Source: an uncultured Acidobacteriota bacterium
GTDB taxonomy: Bacteria > Acidobacteriota > Terriglobia > UBA7540
DNA length: 64,000 nucleotides
Assembly (NCBI GenBank): GCA_963804995.1
Contig: CAWDSK010000003.1
Coordinates: 1,216,001 to 1,280,000 of the forward strand
Reading direction: 5' to 3'
Of this stretch, positions 9,901-20,759 are shown in pieces. The notes under the pieces are model-generated. The model made no database searches, was not told where the DNA came from, and saw only the letters and a program-made list of their open reading frames with translations. Position numbers and translations under genes: made by a program. Position 1 is the first letter of the stretch. Every line of letters starts with the position of its first letter.

Positions 9901-11542
9901 ATGACTCAGTCAGCAACCTCGCCCCAACTCCTTTTTGAGCCGCCCGGGCCAGGACCGTGGGAGCAAGACCCCGTGCACTTCCCACGCCCAATGACGCGCT
10001 ACTTCCAGGAGACCCATCCGCCCGCCATCAAGCGCGGCTCCAACGACTTCGCCCGCTTCTACGGGATGATCATCGACGGCCTCCAGACCGGCTACGTGAA
10101 CGGCTTCGCCTACAACCAGGTGCTGCCGGCTCCGGACGCCGAAATCCCCGAGCGCTTCAAGCGCGCTGAACAAGTCTTCGTGCAGAAGCTCTGGCGGGAG
10201 CAGCTTCGCGACTGGGACGAGAACCAGAAACCATCTTCCATTGCCACGCACCGGAAGTTGCAGGCCATCAATCCGGACGTGCTCTCCGACGCGGAGCTGG
10301 TGGCCTATTTGACGCGCTGCCGCGACCACCATTCGGCCATGGCCGCCCAGCACATGCGCTTCACCGCTGGCGCCGTGATCCCCACCGGGGACTTCCTCGC
10401 CCACGTTGGGGACTGGACGGGCCTGCCGCCATCCGAGCTGCTGGGCCTGATGCGCGGTTCGGCAGTGGTATCCTCGGGTGGCTCCGACGAGATGGAGCGC
10501 CTGAAGAGGGCGTTTGCCCAGGACCCCGCGGCTCGCGAGTTGCTCGCCTCCGACGGCGACCCCGCCCAGGTGCTGGCGCGTCTGCGTTCCCTCGGGGGCG
10601 AAGCCGGCGCGGCGGTCTCCGGCTACCTCGACTTGGTCGGCAACCGCCTTATCGACGGCTTCGACATCGCGGAGCCCTCGGCGCTCGAATTGCCGGACGC
10701 ACTCCTCCGGGCCATTCGTATCGCCGTTTCCGGAGAAGCCCAAGCCGCCTCGGACGTTGATGCCCGCATTGCCGCAGTCCGCGCCCAGGTCCCCGCAGCG
10801 CACCAGGCCGAGTTCGACGAACTGCTCGGTGAGGCCCGCCTCACCTACCGCCTGCGCGACGAGCGTGGCGTCTTCAGCGACATCTGGGCCTCGGGCCTCA
10901 TGCGGCGCGCCGCTCTGGCGGCGGGCCGGCGGGTCGCCGGTCGCGGCCGCATCGCGACCCCTCAGCATATGCTGGACGCCAGCCTCGACGAGATGTGCGC
11001 GCTGGTCGCCGGCAGCGGTGGCCCGTCCGCGGACGATCTCGCCCGGCGCGCCCAATACCGCGCCACCCACACCGCCAAAGACGTTCCCGCCCACTCTTGG
11101 CCCGCCCAAACCGCCCCCGCCGGACCTCGCGGAGCTGCCCCCCGCGGTCGGCCGCCTGATGCGCGCGACTTTCATCGCCTTGGGCCACCTCTTCGGGAGC
11201 TCCCAGGCGCAGAACGAAGAAAAGGTCCTCTTCGGGCTGGCAGCAAGCAAGGGCGTCTACCAAGGGCCCGCGCGCCGCGTCTCCGGCCCCACCGAGTTCG
11301 GCCGGATCGCCAAGGGCGACGTGCTAGTCACCGAGTCGACGACCGAGGCCTTCAACATCCTCCTCCCGCTCCTGGGCGGGATCGTCACCGACAACGGCGG
11401 CCTGCTTTCGCATGCCGCGATCGTCGCGCGCGAGTACGGCATTCCCGGCGTGGTCGGGACGCGCGAGGCGACCGAACGCATCGCCGACGGCGTCCTGATC
11501 CGCGTGGATGGGGATGCGGGCGAAGTCACGGTGCTCGGATGA
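9901..11542 (+). CDS. PEP-utilising enzyme: helical N-domain plus phospho-His swivel domain; frameshifted near 11088
   Basis: Frame from 9901 reads to ...AKDVP; homology continues in the +1 frame PTLGPPKPPPPDL...GDVLV...TDNGGLLSHAAIVAREYGIPGVVG...VDGDAGEV, stop at 11542. Confidence 0.85.
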
Positions 11543-12792
11543 AAAAGGTTGTCCCCTTCGCGAAGGCGCTCGAGACGGCGCTTTACGGGTCGAAGGCCGT
11601 CGGCCTCGGCGAGGCCGCGCGCCACGGCCTCCCGGTCCCGCCCGGCGTAGCGCTCTCGGGCGACTTGGTCGAGGCCGTCGCCTCGGGGGAGTACCAAGCC
11701 ATTGCAAAGGTGGCGAAGGCCATCGCCGCCTTGCCGACCCCGTTCGCCGTCCGGTCCTCCGCCGTCGACGAAGACGGGGCGTCGGCGAGCTTCGCCGGCC
11801 AGCACATCACCCTGCTCAACATCCATTCGCCGGCCGATGTCCCCGGAGCGGTCCGCGAAGTCTGGTGGTCTGCGAACTCGGACTCAGCCATCACCTACCG
11901 CCAGCGTGTCGGCATGTTCACCCGGCCGAGCGTCGGCGTCGTCGTCCAGACGCTCCTCAACCCCACCGCCGCCGGGGTCATGTTCACCGAGAACCCGGTC
12001 AGCGGCGCCGATGAGCGCCTGATCGAAGCGAGTTGGGGCCTCGGGGAAGCCGTGGTCGCCGGTCTCGTCGTGCCGGACCACTTCCGCCTTGACCGCTCCG
12101 GTCAAGTGCTGGAGCGCAAGGTCGGGCGCAAGCGCATCGCGATCCGCCCGCTCCCGAATGGGGGCACCTTCGAGCAGCCCGTGCCACCCGCGCAGGTGAA
12201 TCAGCTCTGCCTTGACGACGCCCAGCTCGCGGCCTTGGGCGAGCTCGCCCTCGAGTGCGAGAAGGCCTACGGCCCGCGGCGCGACATCGAATGGGCGTAC
12301 CAGGATGGGAAGCTCTACCTCCTCCAGTGCCGCGCCATCACCACCGGCAAGGCGCCCAGCGACGCACCACCGCCCGGCCCGCCCCCGCGCGACCCCGTGG
12401 CCGCCCTCCAGCGCGTCGGGCTCTTTGCCGATATGAACCGGAGGCAGACCGAGCAAATCGTCCGCCTGCTCAAGGAGCGCCACTTCGCGAAGGGCGAGAC
12501 CGTCATCATGGAGGGCTCCGGAGGCGCCGCCTTCTTCCTCATCGACTCCGGGGAGGCCACGGTCTCGAGCAAAGGCGTCCACCTCGCCACCCTCGGCCCG
12601 GGCGACTATTTCGGTGAGATCGCCCTCATCGACGGCGGCCCCCGCTCGGCCACGGTGACCGCTGCGACCGACCTCGCTTGCTACGGGCTCACGTTCTGGG
12701 AGTTTCGCCCCCTGGTCGAAGGGAACGGCGGCATCGCATGGAAGCTCTTGCAAGCGCTGGCGAAACGGTTGCGCGCCGCCGACCCGAAGTGA
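11539..12792 (+). CDS. PEP/pyruvate-binding (PPDK_N, ATP-grasp) domain fused to a C-terminal cyclic-nucleotide-binding domain
   Basis: GSKA, AVRSSAVDEDGASASFAGQH, AGVMFT, EASWGLGEAVVAG, DIEWA, LQCRAIT; C-terminal GDYFGEIALIDGGPRSATV; ATGA overlap at 11539-11542. Confidence 0.9.
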   Translation: MKKVVPFAKALETALYGSKAVGLGEAARHGLPVPPGVALSGDLVEAVASGEYQAIAKVAKAIAALPTPFAVRSSAVDEDGASASFAGQHITLLNIHSPADVPGAVREVWWSANSDSAITYRQRVGMFTRPSVGVVVQTLLNPTAAGVMFTENPVSGADERLIEASWGLGEAVVAGLVVPDHFRLDRSGQVLERKVGRKRIAIRPLPNGGTFEQPVPPAQVNQLCLDDAQLAALGELALECEKAYGPRRDIEWAYQDGKLYLLQCRAITTGKAPSDAPPPGPPPRDPVAALQRVGLFADMNRRQTEQIVRLLKERHFAKGETVIMEGSGGAAFFLIDSGEATVSSKGVHLATLGPGDYFGEIALIDGGPRSATVTAATDLACYGLTFWEFRPLVEGNGGIAWKLLQALAKRLRAADPK

Positions 12793-13370
12793 ATATCCCC
12801 ATACTCCCAAGGCTTTAGTAATCGTCGAGGGCCGACTGGCACAGAGCGCAGCTCTGTGACTCATCCGTGTCGTTCCCAATATCGTAGAGTCTTACTCTGC
12901 GCGAGCCAGGCGTAAGGGGCGGGTGAAGCGGGACACTACGGATTTTTCTGCTCTGAGCAGTTCCTTGACAAAAAGCATGTTAGAATACCTCCGCCGTTTC
13001 GGCAATTACGCGGTGCGTCACCTTTCTGAAAAAGGAAAGGCCCCGCTCCGCCGTTGTGATCCGCGGCATCTAGCGGGGCAGGAAGGTACCCGCCGTCGCC
13101 GCTTGACCGGTTGCTGTTATAGAAAGGGATGCCGTAAGGAAAGTCGAAGTGTTGGTTGTTGCCAAGGGCAACGGATTCAATTCGCATCCAGGCGGAGATA
13201 TCCTTCACTTCTCAGCCACTCAGGGCAACAGGCTTCATCCCCTTTAGGGCCAGTAACAAGGTAGAGTCAAGGACCCCCAAGGGTTTCTAGTGTTGACGGG
13301 CCAATGAAGTTGTGTGATTTCAAAAGTCGAAGGCGGCTAGTTAAACCCGCCTCTCCACCTGGAGATTCTA

Positions 13371-13733
13371 ATGCCAAAAAAGTTGTTCGTGGGTAATCTC
13401 CCACACGAAGTGACGGATGCCCAACTCCAAGAGTTCGTTAGTACGGCTGGCTTTCAGGCCACCTCAGCCGTAGTCATTCGCGATAAGATGACGGGCCAAT
13501 CGCGAGGCTTCGGATTTATTGAGCTGGCAGAGGGCGAGGATATGGACCGAGCCATTGCTGGCCTCAACGGGCAATCGCTCGAAGGCCGGCGGCTGACCGT
13601 GAACGAAGCACGTCCACCGCGCAGCGACTTCGGCGGACGTCCCCACTCCGGCGGCGGAGGTGGCGGCGGGGGCCGTCACCGCGGCGGGGGAGGACGGCCC
13701 GGCGGGGGTTGTCGCCGAGACGAATCCTACTAA
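13371..13733 (+). CDS. RRM RNA-binding protein with Gly-rich tail
   Basis: RNP2 LFVGNL, RNP1 RGFGFIEL, LTVNEARP. Confidence 0.95.
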   Translation: MPKKLFVGNLPHEVTDAQLQEFVSTAGFQATSAVVIRDKMTGQSRGFGFIELAEGEDMDRAIAGLNGQSLEGRRLTVNEARPPRSDFGGRPHSGGGGGGGGRHRGGGGRPGGGCRRDESY

Positions 13734-13881
13734 AGCGATCCGGATCTACAGCGAGGGAGCCGCCCATGGCGCGGACGCGTCGTGCCATGGGCCGAGGAAT
13801 TAGCTCCCGGTCAGGGTGGAGATTGCCGCCGCACGTTGCGCACGCTTCTTCCTTGCGCCGTTGTTTGCTCGTTAGCCAGAC

Positions 13882-16858
13882 CTATTCCGACCCCACCAAC
13901 CGCCGGTAAACGTACCGCACCTGTTGTTGTGTGTCGCTGAGCAGGCGGGCCAGTGTCTGCCCCTCGGGAACCAGATTCCACCGGCGCGCTACGCTTTCCA
14001 CGGCTTCAGCGTGCCCAAGATGTTCGGGCAACCCCTGGGGGGCTTTCCCGGTCACAAGGCGAATAATGTGGTCCACTGACCGCAGGAATCCGGCGCCGGC
14101 CGTAAGGGTGCGTGCATCCTCCGGTGCGATGTTACCCGCCGCACGCAAGGCCTCGATTTGTTCCGCCATATTGGCTCCAGGCAAGGCCTCTACCCGGTTT
14201 CGCAGGCGCAAGTAGGAGACGGCATAATCCACGTCGTAATATCCGCCAGGCGCCGTCTTAGTATTGCTGCTGGGAACCACCACTTCCCTTTCCAGCCGCC
14301 GCCGCATCTGGTGGAGCTCACCCTCAAAGTCATGGTAAGTGGCCAAGCGTTCGTGTATAGCCACTTGGAGACGATCCGTTGCCTCCCGCCCGAGGTCAAG
14401 ATTCCCCGCCAGTGGAAAGGCCTTCAGATAGGTGAGCAATTCCCAGGCCTTGGCGTTTTCCTTGAGGTAGTTCGAAAGCGTCTCAACACTGACCACCAAT
14501 TCGCCTTCCTGCCCGCGCGGCCTTAGGCGTGTATCCACGGCGAAGAGTGCGCCATCGCGCGTGTAACTGGAAAGAACCTCGATCGTTTTCTCAGCCACGC
14601 GCGTCCAGTGCTCCAACCTTTCTCTTCCGGCCTGGGACTCCGCCACGAAAACCAAGTCAGCGTCTGAGGCCAGGTCAAACTCATTCAGTCCCAAGCGGCC
14701 CATGGCCAAGACCACGAAGGGGCAATCGGCAAGGCCACACGGATTCGCTTCCTGGCTCAAGGCGTTTTGCGCGATGACCAAAGCGCTGGAGATGGAGCGC
14801 GCGGCATTGGCCGACCAACGCTGCAACATCGCAAACGCCGAGCCGTTGCCCACCAGATCCGCCGTGCCCAACCCCAGAACTCGCGCGCGGTAATGGCGGC
14901 GCAGCAGGGCCATCTTTTCGCGCAGCTCCATCCTCCGGTCCGCGGCCCAGGAATGAGATTCTGAGGCCGTCCCGCGCTCAAGCCCAATCTCTAATTGCGC
15001 CCCGGTCGCACCCTCGGGCGGCGCTGGCCGGGCGGCATCCAGAAATTCCAGGTCCTCAGGATGATGGACCAGGAGTTCCGTCAGGTAGTCGCTCAAGCCT
15101 GCCACTTCGATGGCGAGCCGCAAACACTCCGGCTTGGCGCGCGCCAGTGCGAAGCGCTCTGATGAGCTGACAATCGCCGCCAGCAAGCGTGTCGCATTCT
15201 TCCGGGCGCGGCCCGGCAATCCCACTTCCCTCACCAGTCGCGCCACTTCCGGAGCCTGGACTTCCAGAAAGTTCAGGAGCGAATCAAAGGAAACGTGCCC
15301 GGGGTCCGGCAGGAGAGCCGGAACCGGCTTCAGTTCGAAAGACCTTCCGGCCGCGGTGGGGCTACGGGGGTGAATAACATGCTGGTAAATCTCATCGACA
15401 CACGCGAGGGCTTGGCGAACTTCGCGCTCAAGGGCTTCACCCGGACGCTCTTCTGGTCCCGGCTCCGCACCCACCCGGCGCGCCAGCCGGTTCGAGCGCC
15501 TGGGGGTCGGTGGGCAACCGGTGCGACTGCTGCCCCACCTCCATCTGCACTCGGTGCTCAACCTTGCGCAGAAACTCGTAGGCAGTAGTCAGCGCGGCGT
15601 AATCCCGATCAGAGAGCAACCCCTTGTCGTTAAGTTTCCGCAGGGCGAAGAGCGTTCCTCCGGACCGCACCCAGTGGTCCTGTAAGCCATGCAGGCGTTG
15701 CAGGCATTGCACCAGAAACTCGATGTCGCGGATGCCGCCGCGGTGGCGCTTCACATCAATCGCGTGTCCGCGGCTCTCCCGCAGTTTCTTGGAGATCCTC
15801 TCGCGCGCCCAAAGAACGCTCTCCACGGCCACAAAATCCCCGGGCGAACGGTAAACGTATTCCTCGACACCGCGCAGGAAATCGCGCGTCAGCTTCACTT
15901 CGCCGGCGGAGTAGCGCGCCTTGATCAGCATCTGCAATTCCCAGTCACGCGCTCGGTGCTCGTAGTACTCCAGCGCCGAGTTCAAGGAAATGGCCAGATC
16001 GCCCTGGTCGCCTTCCGGCCGCAGACGCAAGTCCACACGAAAAACCTGCCCTTGCGGCGTGGCCTGAGTTATGGTGCGCGTGATGGCATGCGCCAGGTGA
16101 ACGAAGTATTCTTTGTTACTGATCGCGGACTCTCTCTCGCTGCCCCCGGCCGTCTCTCCGTCATGGGAATAGAGAAAGAGCAGGTCGATATCGGAATTGT
16201 AGTTCAGTTCGTTTCCGCCCAGTTTTCCGAGCGAGATGATGCTGAAGCCGGCGCGCACAATGCGGCCCTGCGCATCCCGGTATTGCGGCTGGCCATAGCG
16301 CTTTTCCAGTTCGCGGTCACAATAAAGGTAGGCATTGGTAAGGATGACATCGGCAAGCGTCGAAAGCTCCAGAGTGGTCTCGCCCAGCGTCGAAAGGCCG
16401 AGCACATCTTTCAGCACAATACGCAAGTAATTCCGCCGCTTGAAACGCGCCAGCATGGCCGCCTGCCAGGGGTCCGGATTGGTGGTTGAAAAGCGCGCGA
16501 AGTCCTGCATCAAGTCTTCTTTGGATTTCAACTTGGCAAAATTCCGGTCACGCGCGAACTGCACCACCAGATCAGACTCTGACAGCAGGGTCTCCGCCAG
16601 ATATCCGCTGTACCCAAAGATGGCGATGAGATAGGAAAGTGCGGCAGGGTGGCGCGCCAACTCACCCAAAACGCGCGGCGGTGCGCCCTGCGCATAGCGC
16701 TCCAAAAGGTTCAAAGCGCCGTCGGGGTCGGGAGACTGGGAAAGCAATGAAGCCAGTGGCGCGAAGAGCGTGGGCGCCAGTTGCTGCTCCAAGCGCTCCA
16801 AATTGCCGGCGGCCTTGGCGGATTCCTCAAATGGTATTACCGCGAACTCCGTTCGCAT
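13882..16858 (-). CDS. glnE: Bifunctional glutamine synthetase adenylyltransferase/deadenylase; frameshifted near 15490
   Basis: Two NTase repeats: LGKLGGNELNYNSDIDL...RVDLRLRPEG...GGIRDIEF and MGRLGLNEFDLASDADL...VDTRLRPRG; ORFs 15437-16858 and 13882-15561 join at LPTDPQALE/RLARRVG. Confidence 0.9.
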
Positions 16859-17206
16859 TCGGAGGATTATAGCTCGTATTGGGGAAAGCCTGCGGTCAGT
16901 TGTCGATTGCCCGTTCAGCGCGACAGGACGACCAGCAGTGTCTGGTAGCCATCCACCAGCAGACCTTCATAACCGTGCGGCGTTCCATCCCAGGCTTTTC
17001 AATCGTACGTCATGCCGCTCGCGCCGAAGCCCTGGAATCCACCTTTTTCAAACCCCTCGAGCGATGGGAAACAGCATCGCGTCGGCCTCCTTGCGCCGCC
17101 CCAATTGATACAGCGCTTGCAAAATGCTGTGGCGGCCAGGAAAAGGGCGGGAATTAAAGTTCGGAAAAACTTGGGCATGGATCGTCCTCCAAGGCAGGGG
17201 TTACGC

Positions 17207-19198
17207 TTATTGGTCAGCCAATTCCTCTTCGGCGGCAGCCACTCCAGCCTCATGGCGAGCCACGGATTTCTTACGAAGCTCCTGCGAGGCGGCAAGGGCT
17301 TGCGCGGCCAGCTCCGGCTTTCCCAATTGGCGATAGGCCATGGACAGCAGGTAATGCAGGTCGCCCTTATCGTCCGTGGAAGCTGCTTTCTCAAGCTCAG
17401 GCACGGCGCTGGCCGGCTTTCCGACCCGCATATAGGCGCGTCCCAGGGCGGCGCGAGCTGGTAGGAATCCAGGATCAAACCGCAACGCCTCCTGGAAATA
17501 CTCGATGCTCTTGGGCACCTCGCGGCTTTGGAAACTCACACGCCCCAGCAGGTAAAGACTGAGCGTGCGCGTGGGATCAATTTCGAGCGCTCGCTCGATT
17601 TCCGCTTTCCCGGCGGCCACATTTTTATCGAGCAGGTAAGCGTTGCCGAGCTGTTCATGCAGTTCGGCGGAGTCAGGATGCGCCTTGAGTGCTGTCTGGA
17701 ATTCTGCAATCGTTTTTTTGTAATCGAACCGGGATTGGTAGTATTCCCCTTGAATCTGGTGAACGCGCCAGGAATCCGGAGCCACTTCCACCATATGGTT
17801 CAAGCACGCGAGGGCAAGACGCTGGTAGGACCGTATGAGCCAGTAGCTGGATTGCGCATTCGCGGGGTCACGATTCAGGGCTTCTGCAAAAGCTGCGGCC
17901 GCTGCCGGCTCGTCGCCCAGGGCCAATCGTGCTTTGCCTAAAACGATGTCCTGTTCGGGAGTTCGCGATTTCTGCGCCTGAATAAGCTGGGCACATTCCG
18001 CGTAGCGATGCGCCGCGCAGGCGGCTCCGATGGTTTCAGCGCGACTCCCCATTTTATTTTGTGTCGCGCTCCAGGCCTGCAGGCTGGGCAACAACTTCGA
18101 CCATTGCTGCGTGGCCGGCTCGCTTTGGCCAGCCGCCCGATAGATACTGGCGAGCAAGAATTCCCGGGCGGGGGAATCGGGGGCAGAAGCAAGATCCCAC
18201 GCCAGGGTGGTGAGTTTCGGGGTGTCAATCTTTACCGCAGGGAAGTTGGTTTGGCTTTCCAGAAAGGGCGGGAAAACTTCCCAGATCTTCGTCACATTCT
18301 CGAGGGCAAGAGTGGTGGCGCCATTTCCCAGAGCCGTCGCTGCCAGCCCCAAGTGGGCCTCTTCACTTTTGGGGTCACGTCGCAATTCGGCGCGATACTC
18401 CGCCTCGGCGTCTTCCAGCTTGCCCTGTCGCAGGAGCATGTCACCCAAAGCGGCATGCAATCCAGGGATCTTATCATCCAGGCCCAGGGCACGACGGTAT
18501 TGCGCGGCGGCGTCCACCCACTTTTGATCCTCGACCATCACATCGCCGGTCAGCCTCGCCTCCCAGGGCGTGCCCGCGAACTTTTTTGAATTTTCATCGC
18601 CCAACTGCTTGGCCATCGCCAGGTAACTCTGGCCGAGGCCATACCAGCCTTCGACGGGGTCAGCACTTGAGGCAAAAAGTTTCAGATAAACTTCCGTTGC
18701 GTCGTGGTAATTGTCCCGGTCCAAGTAGCTCGCGGCCAGCGTCCGAAGCGCTTCCTGATTCGCGGGATCCTGACGCAAGACTTCTTCGAGGGGCGGGATA
18801 GCTTTCGCCGGAAGTCCCAGCTTCCGGTAGGCCATGCCCAGAAACAGGTTGGCAGCCACCAGGTGCGGCTGTTGTTGCCGCGCTTTCTCCAGCTCCAGGG
18901 ACGCTTGCTGGTACTGCCCTGCCAGGTAATAGTCCAGACCCAGGTTGACGCGCGCCTCGGTAAGATTCGGCCTGAGCCGCAAAACTTCCCGGTACTCCCG
19001 GATGGCGCGGCCGGTCTGGCCGGCACGCGTGGCTTCCTGGCCGGCGCTAAAATGCGCGGCAACTTCGCTGTCGAGGGATTCACTGCTGGGGTTAGATTGT
19101 GCTGAGGCTCGCTCCGGGTTCAAGGCACAAACCGCGATACTTGAAAGAGCCAATACCATTGAGAATATTATGCAAGTTCTCATCAGACTCCAAAGCAC
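17207..19198 (-). CDS. Exported tetratricopeptide-repeat protein
   Basis: Signal-peptide-like N-terminus and many TPR-pattern helices (EARVNLG, ANLFLG, HAALG, AHLGLA, ARAALG). Confidence 0.88.
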   Translation of the reverse strand: MLWSLMRTCIIFSMVLALSSIAVCALNPERASAQSNPSSESLDSEVAAHFSAGQEATRAGQTGRAIREYREVLRLRPNLTEARVNLGLDYYLAGQYQQASLELEKARQQQPHLVAANLFLGMAYRKLGLPAKAIPPLEEVLRQDPANQEALRTLAASYLDRDNYHDATEVYLKLFASSADPVEGWYGLGQSYLAMAKQLGDENSKKFAGTPWEARLTGDVMVEDQKWVDAAAQYRRALGLDDKIPGLHAALGDMLLRQGKLEDAEAEYRAELRRDPKSEEAHLGLAATALGNGATTLALENVTKIWEVFPPFLESQTNFPAVKIDTPKLTTLAWDLASAPDSPAREFLLASIYRAAGQSEPATQQWSKLLPSLQAWSATQNKMGSRAETIGAACAAHRYAECAQLIQAQKSRTPEQDIVLGKARLALGDEPAAAAAFAEALNRDPANAQSSYWLIRSYQRLALACLNHMVEVAPDSWRVHQIQGEYYQSRFDYKKTIAEFQTALKAHPDSAELHEQLGNAYLLDKNVAAGKAEIERALEIDPTRTLSLYLLGRVSFQSREVPKSIEYFQEALRFDPGFLPARAALGRAYMRVGKPASAVPELEKAASTDDKGDLHYLLSMAYRQLGKPELAAQALAASQELRKKSVARHEAGVAAAEEELADQ

Positions 19199-19329
19199 AT
19201 TTCGATTCTAGGGTTCCCTGAACACGAGTGTCAAGGCAGCGAAGATACCTCCACTCAAGGAGCGGGGGGCACCCCAAAGCTTGGCCACATTATGCTCTAT
19301 GCGGCAAAGCATGACCTGCGGCTCCGCCG

Positions 19330-19404
19330 CTTGCTGTCCGCCAGATCGTCGGCAAACGGCTGACCTATGCCGAACTTACTGGCAAGAAAGATCCGCAAGC
19401 GTGA
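19330..19404 (+). mobile_element. Remnant C-terminus of an IS1595-family transposase
   Basis: Translates LAVRQIVGKRLTYAELTGKKDPQA*, matching the GKRLTY C-terminal motif I recall for IS1595-family transposases; not in the ORF track. Confidence 0.6.
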
Positions 19405-19683
19405 AAGCCCCCGTACCGCAAACCATCCCGAGGAAAGCGGCAAACTGGGCAATGTCCAGAAATTCCCAAAAATAATCTCCTCCACCTGGAGAATTTATCC
19501 GATAGAGCTTGTGAGATGAGCGAATGACCCTAACACGCTGCTCTCGAAACGATTGTCCACAAGCTATTGTGTGCCGACTTATGCACAGCAACAATAGGTT
19601 GCGATCTTGTCTTGACAAACCTAACGTACTTAGAATATTCTCCGACCAGGTTAGAACCACACATTTAACAAGGGACGCGAATA

Positions 19684-20757
19684 ATGAAGAATAATCCCTT
19701 ACCGCGATTGGATGAACGGCCCGATATCCGGCAAGTGCTGCTACCACATTGTCGGCTCGGTCCTGGCGATCTTTGGACTGACCCGATTTCCGGTCACAGG
19801 GTAGGTTGTCTGGACGCGGCTAATCCTGATGATGTTGCGAAGCTCATGGACGGCAATAGAGCAGTACTAGCTATTCATGACCCCCCCTATAACCTTGTCG
19901 CATTCAAAGAAAGAAGCGTCCAAGAATTTATTGCGTGGTGCAAGCAGTGGGTATGCAACACATTGGAATGGACGGTTCCAGATGCTTCACTCTACATCTG
20001 GCTTGGTGCAGATCAAAAGGATGGTTTCCAGCCGTTGCCTGACTTCATGATTATGATGCGGTCGCTTCCGGTGAGTACGCGCAGCTTCATTACCATGAGA
20101 AATCAACGCGGTTATGGAACGCAGAAGAATTGGATGGCCGTCCGGCAGGAGTTACTCTACTACACGAAAGGGAATCCGTTTTTCAATGTAGAAGCCGAAT
20201 ACACAGACATCCCCAAGATTCTTCGTGGGTACTACAAGAAAGTCAATGGCACAATCACCGAAAACATGGAGCGGAGCAAATCTGAGAATATTCGGGCGGG
20301 CAACGTCTGGGTAGATATTCAGCAAGTGTTCTACCGCATGGAAGAAAATGTTAGTGGTTGCTATGCACAAAAGCCGTTGAAGTGTATTGACCGAATCGTA
20401 AGAGCGTCATCGAACGCCGGGCAGTTAGTTGTTGATTTCTTTGCTCACACAGGGACTACTCTCTTGTCTTGTGAGATTGCCAAGCGGCGTTCTTTTACTT
20501 TAGACACAGACCCCATATTCTGCGAGATGGCAATCCGGCGGCTTGAACATTACCGAACAACTGGTCACTTAGGTTGGCAGAATGGCCATGCTTTCGAGAA
20601 TGATATTCAGGTACAGTTTGAATCGTTTCCCCAAGAGGCAGCAAACGTAGAGGTCTTAACGACAAACCCTAGCGAACCAATAACTAACCCTGTTGGCAGA
20701 CGACGCGGAAGGCCACCGAAAACGATATCCACTTTCAATCAAGCAGGTCTTTTCTAG
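19684..20757 (+). CDS. Site-specific DNA methyltransferase (N6-adenine/N4-cytosine, beta class)
   Basis: Catalytic HDPPY precedes QKP and SAM-binding VDFFAHTGTT; lower GC than flanks. Confidence 0.92.
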   Translation: MKNNPLPRLDERPDIRQVLLPHCRLGPGDLWTDPISGHRVGCLDAANPDDVAKLMDGNRAVLAIHDPPYNLVAFKERSVQEFIAWCKQWVCNTLEWTVPDASLYIWLGADQKDGFQPLPDFMIMMRSLPVSTRSFITMRNQRGYGTQKNWMAVRQELLYYTKGNPFFNVEAEYTDIPKILRGYYKKVNGTITENMERSKSENIRAGNVWVDIQQVFYRMEENVSGCYAQKPLKCIDRIVRASSNAGQLVVDFFAHTGTTLLSCEIAKRRSFTLDTDPIFCEMAIRRLEHYRTTGHLGWQNGHAFENDIQVQFESFPQEAANVEVLTTNPSEPITNPVGRRRGRPPKTISTFNQAGLF

Positions 20758-20759
20758 TT

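Noticed and set aside
9901..12792. 963-aa ORF as one real protein
   Set aside because: Residues ~400-546 are out-of-frame junk; the His domain is in another frame and gene B has its own ATG overlapping gene A's stop
12965..12986. TTGACA...TAGAAT promoter
   Set aside because: The spacer is only 10 bp
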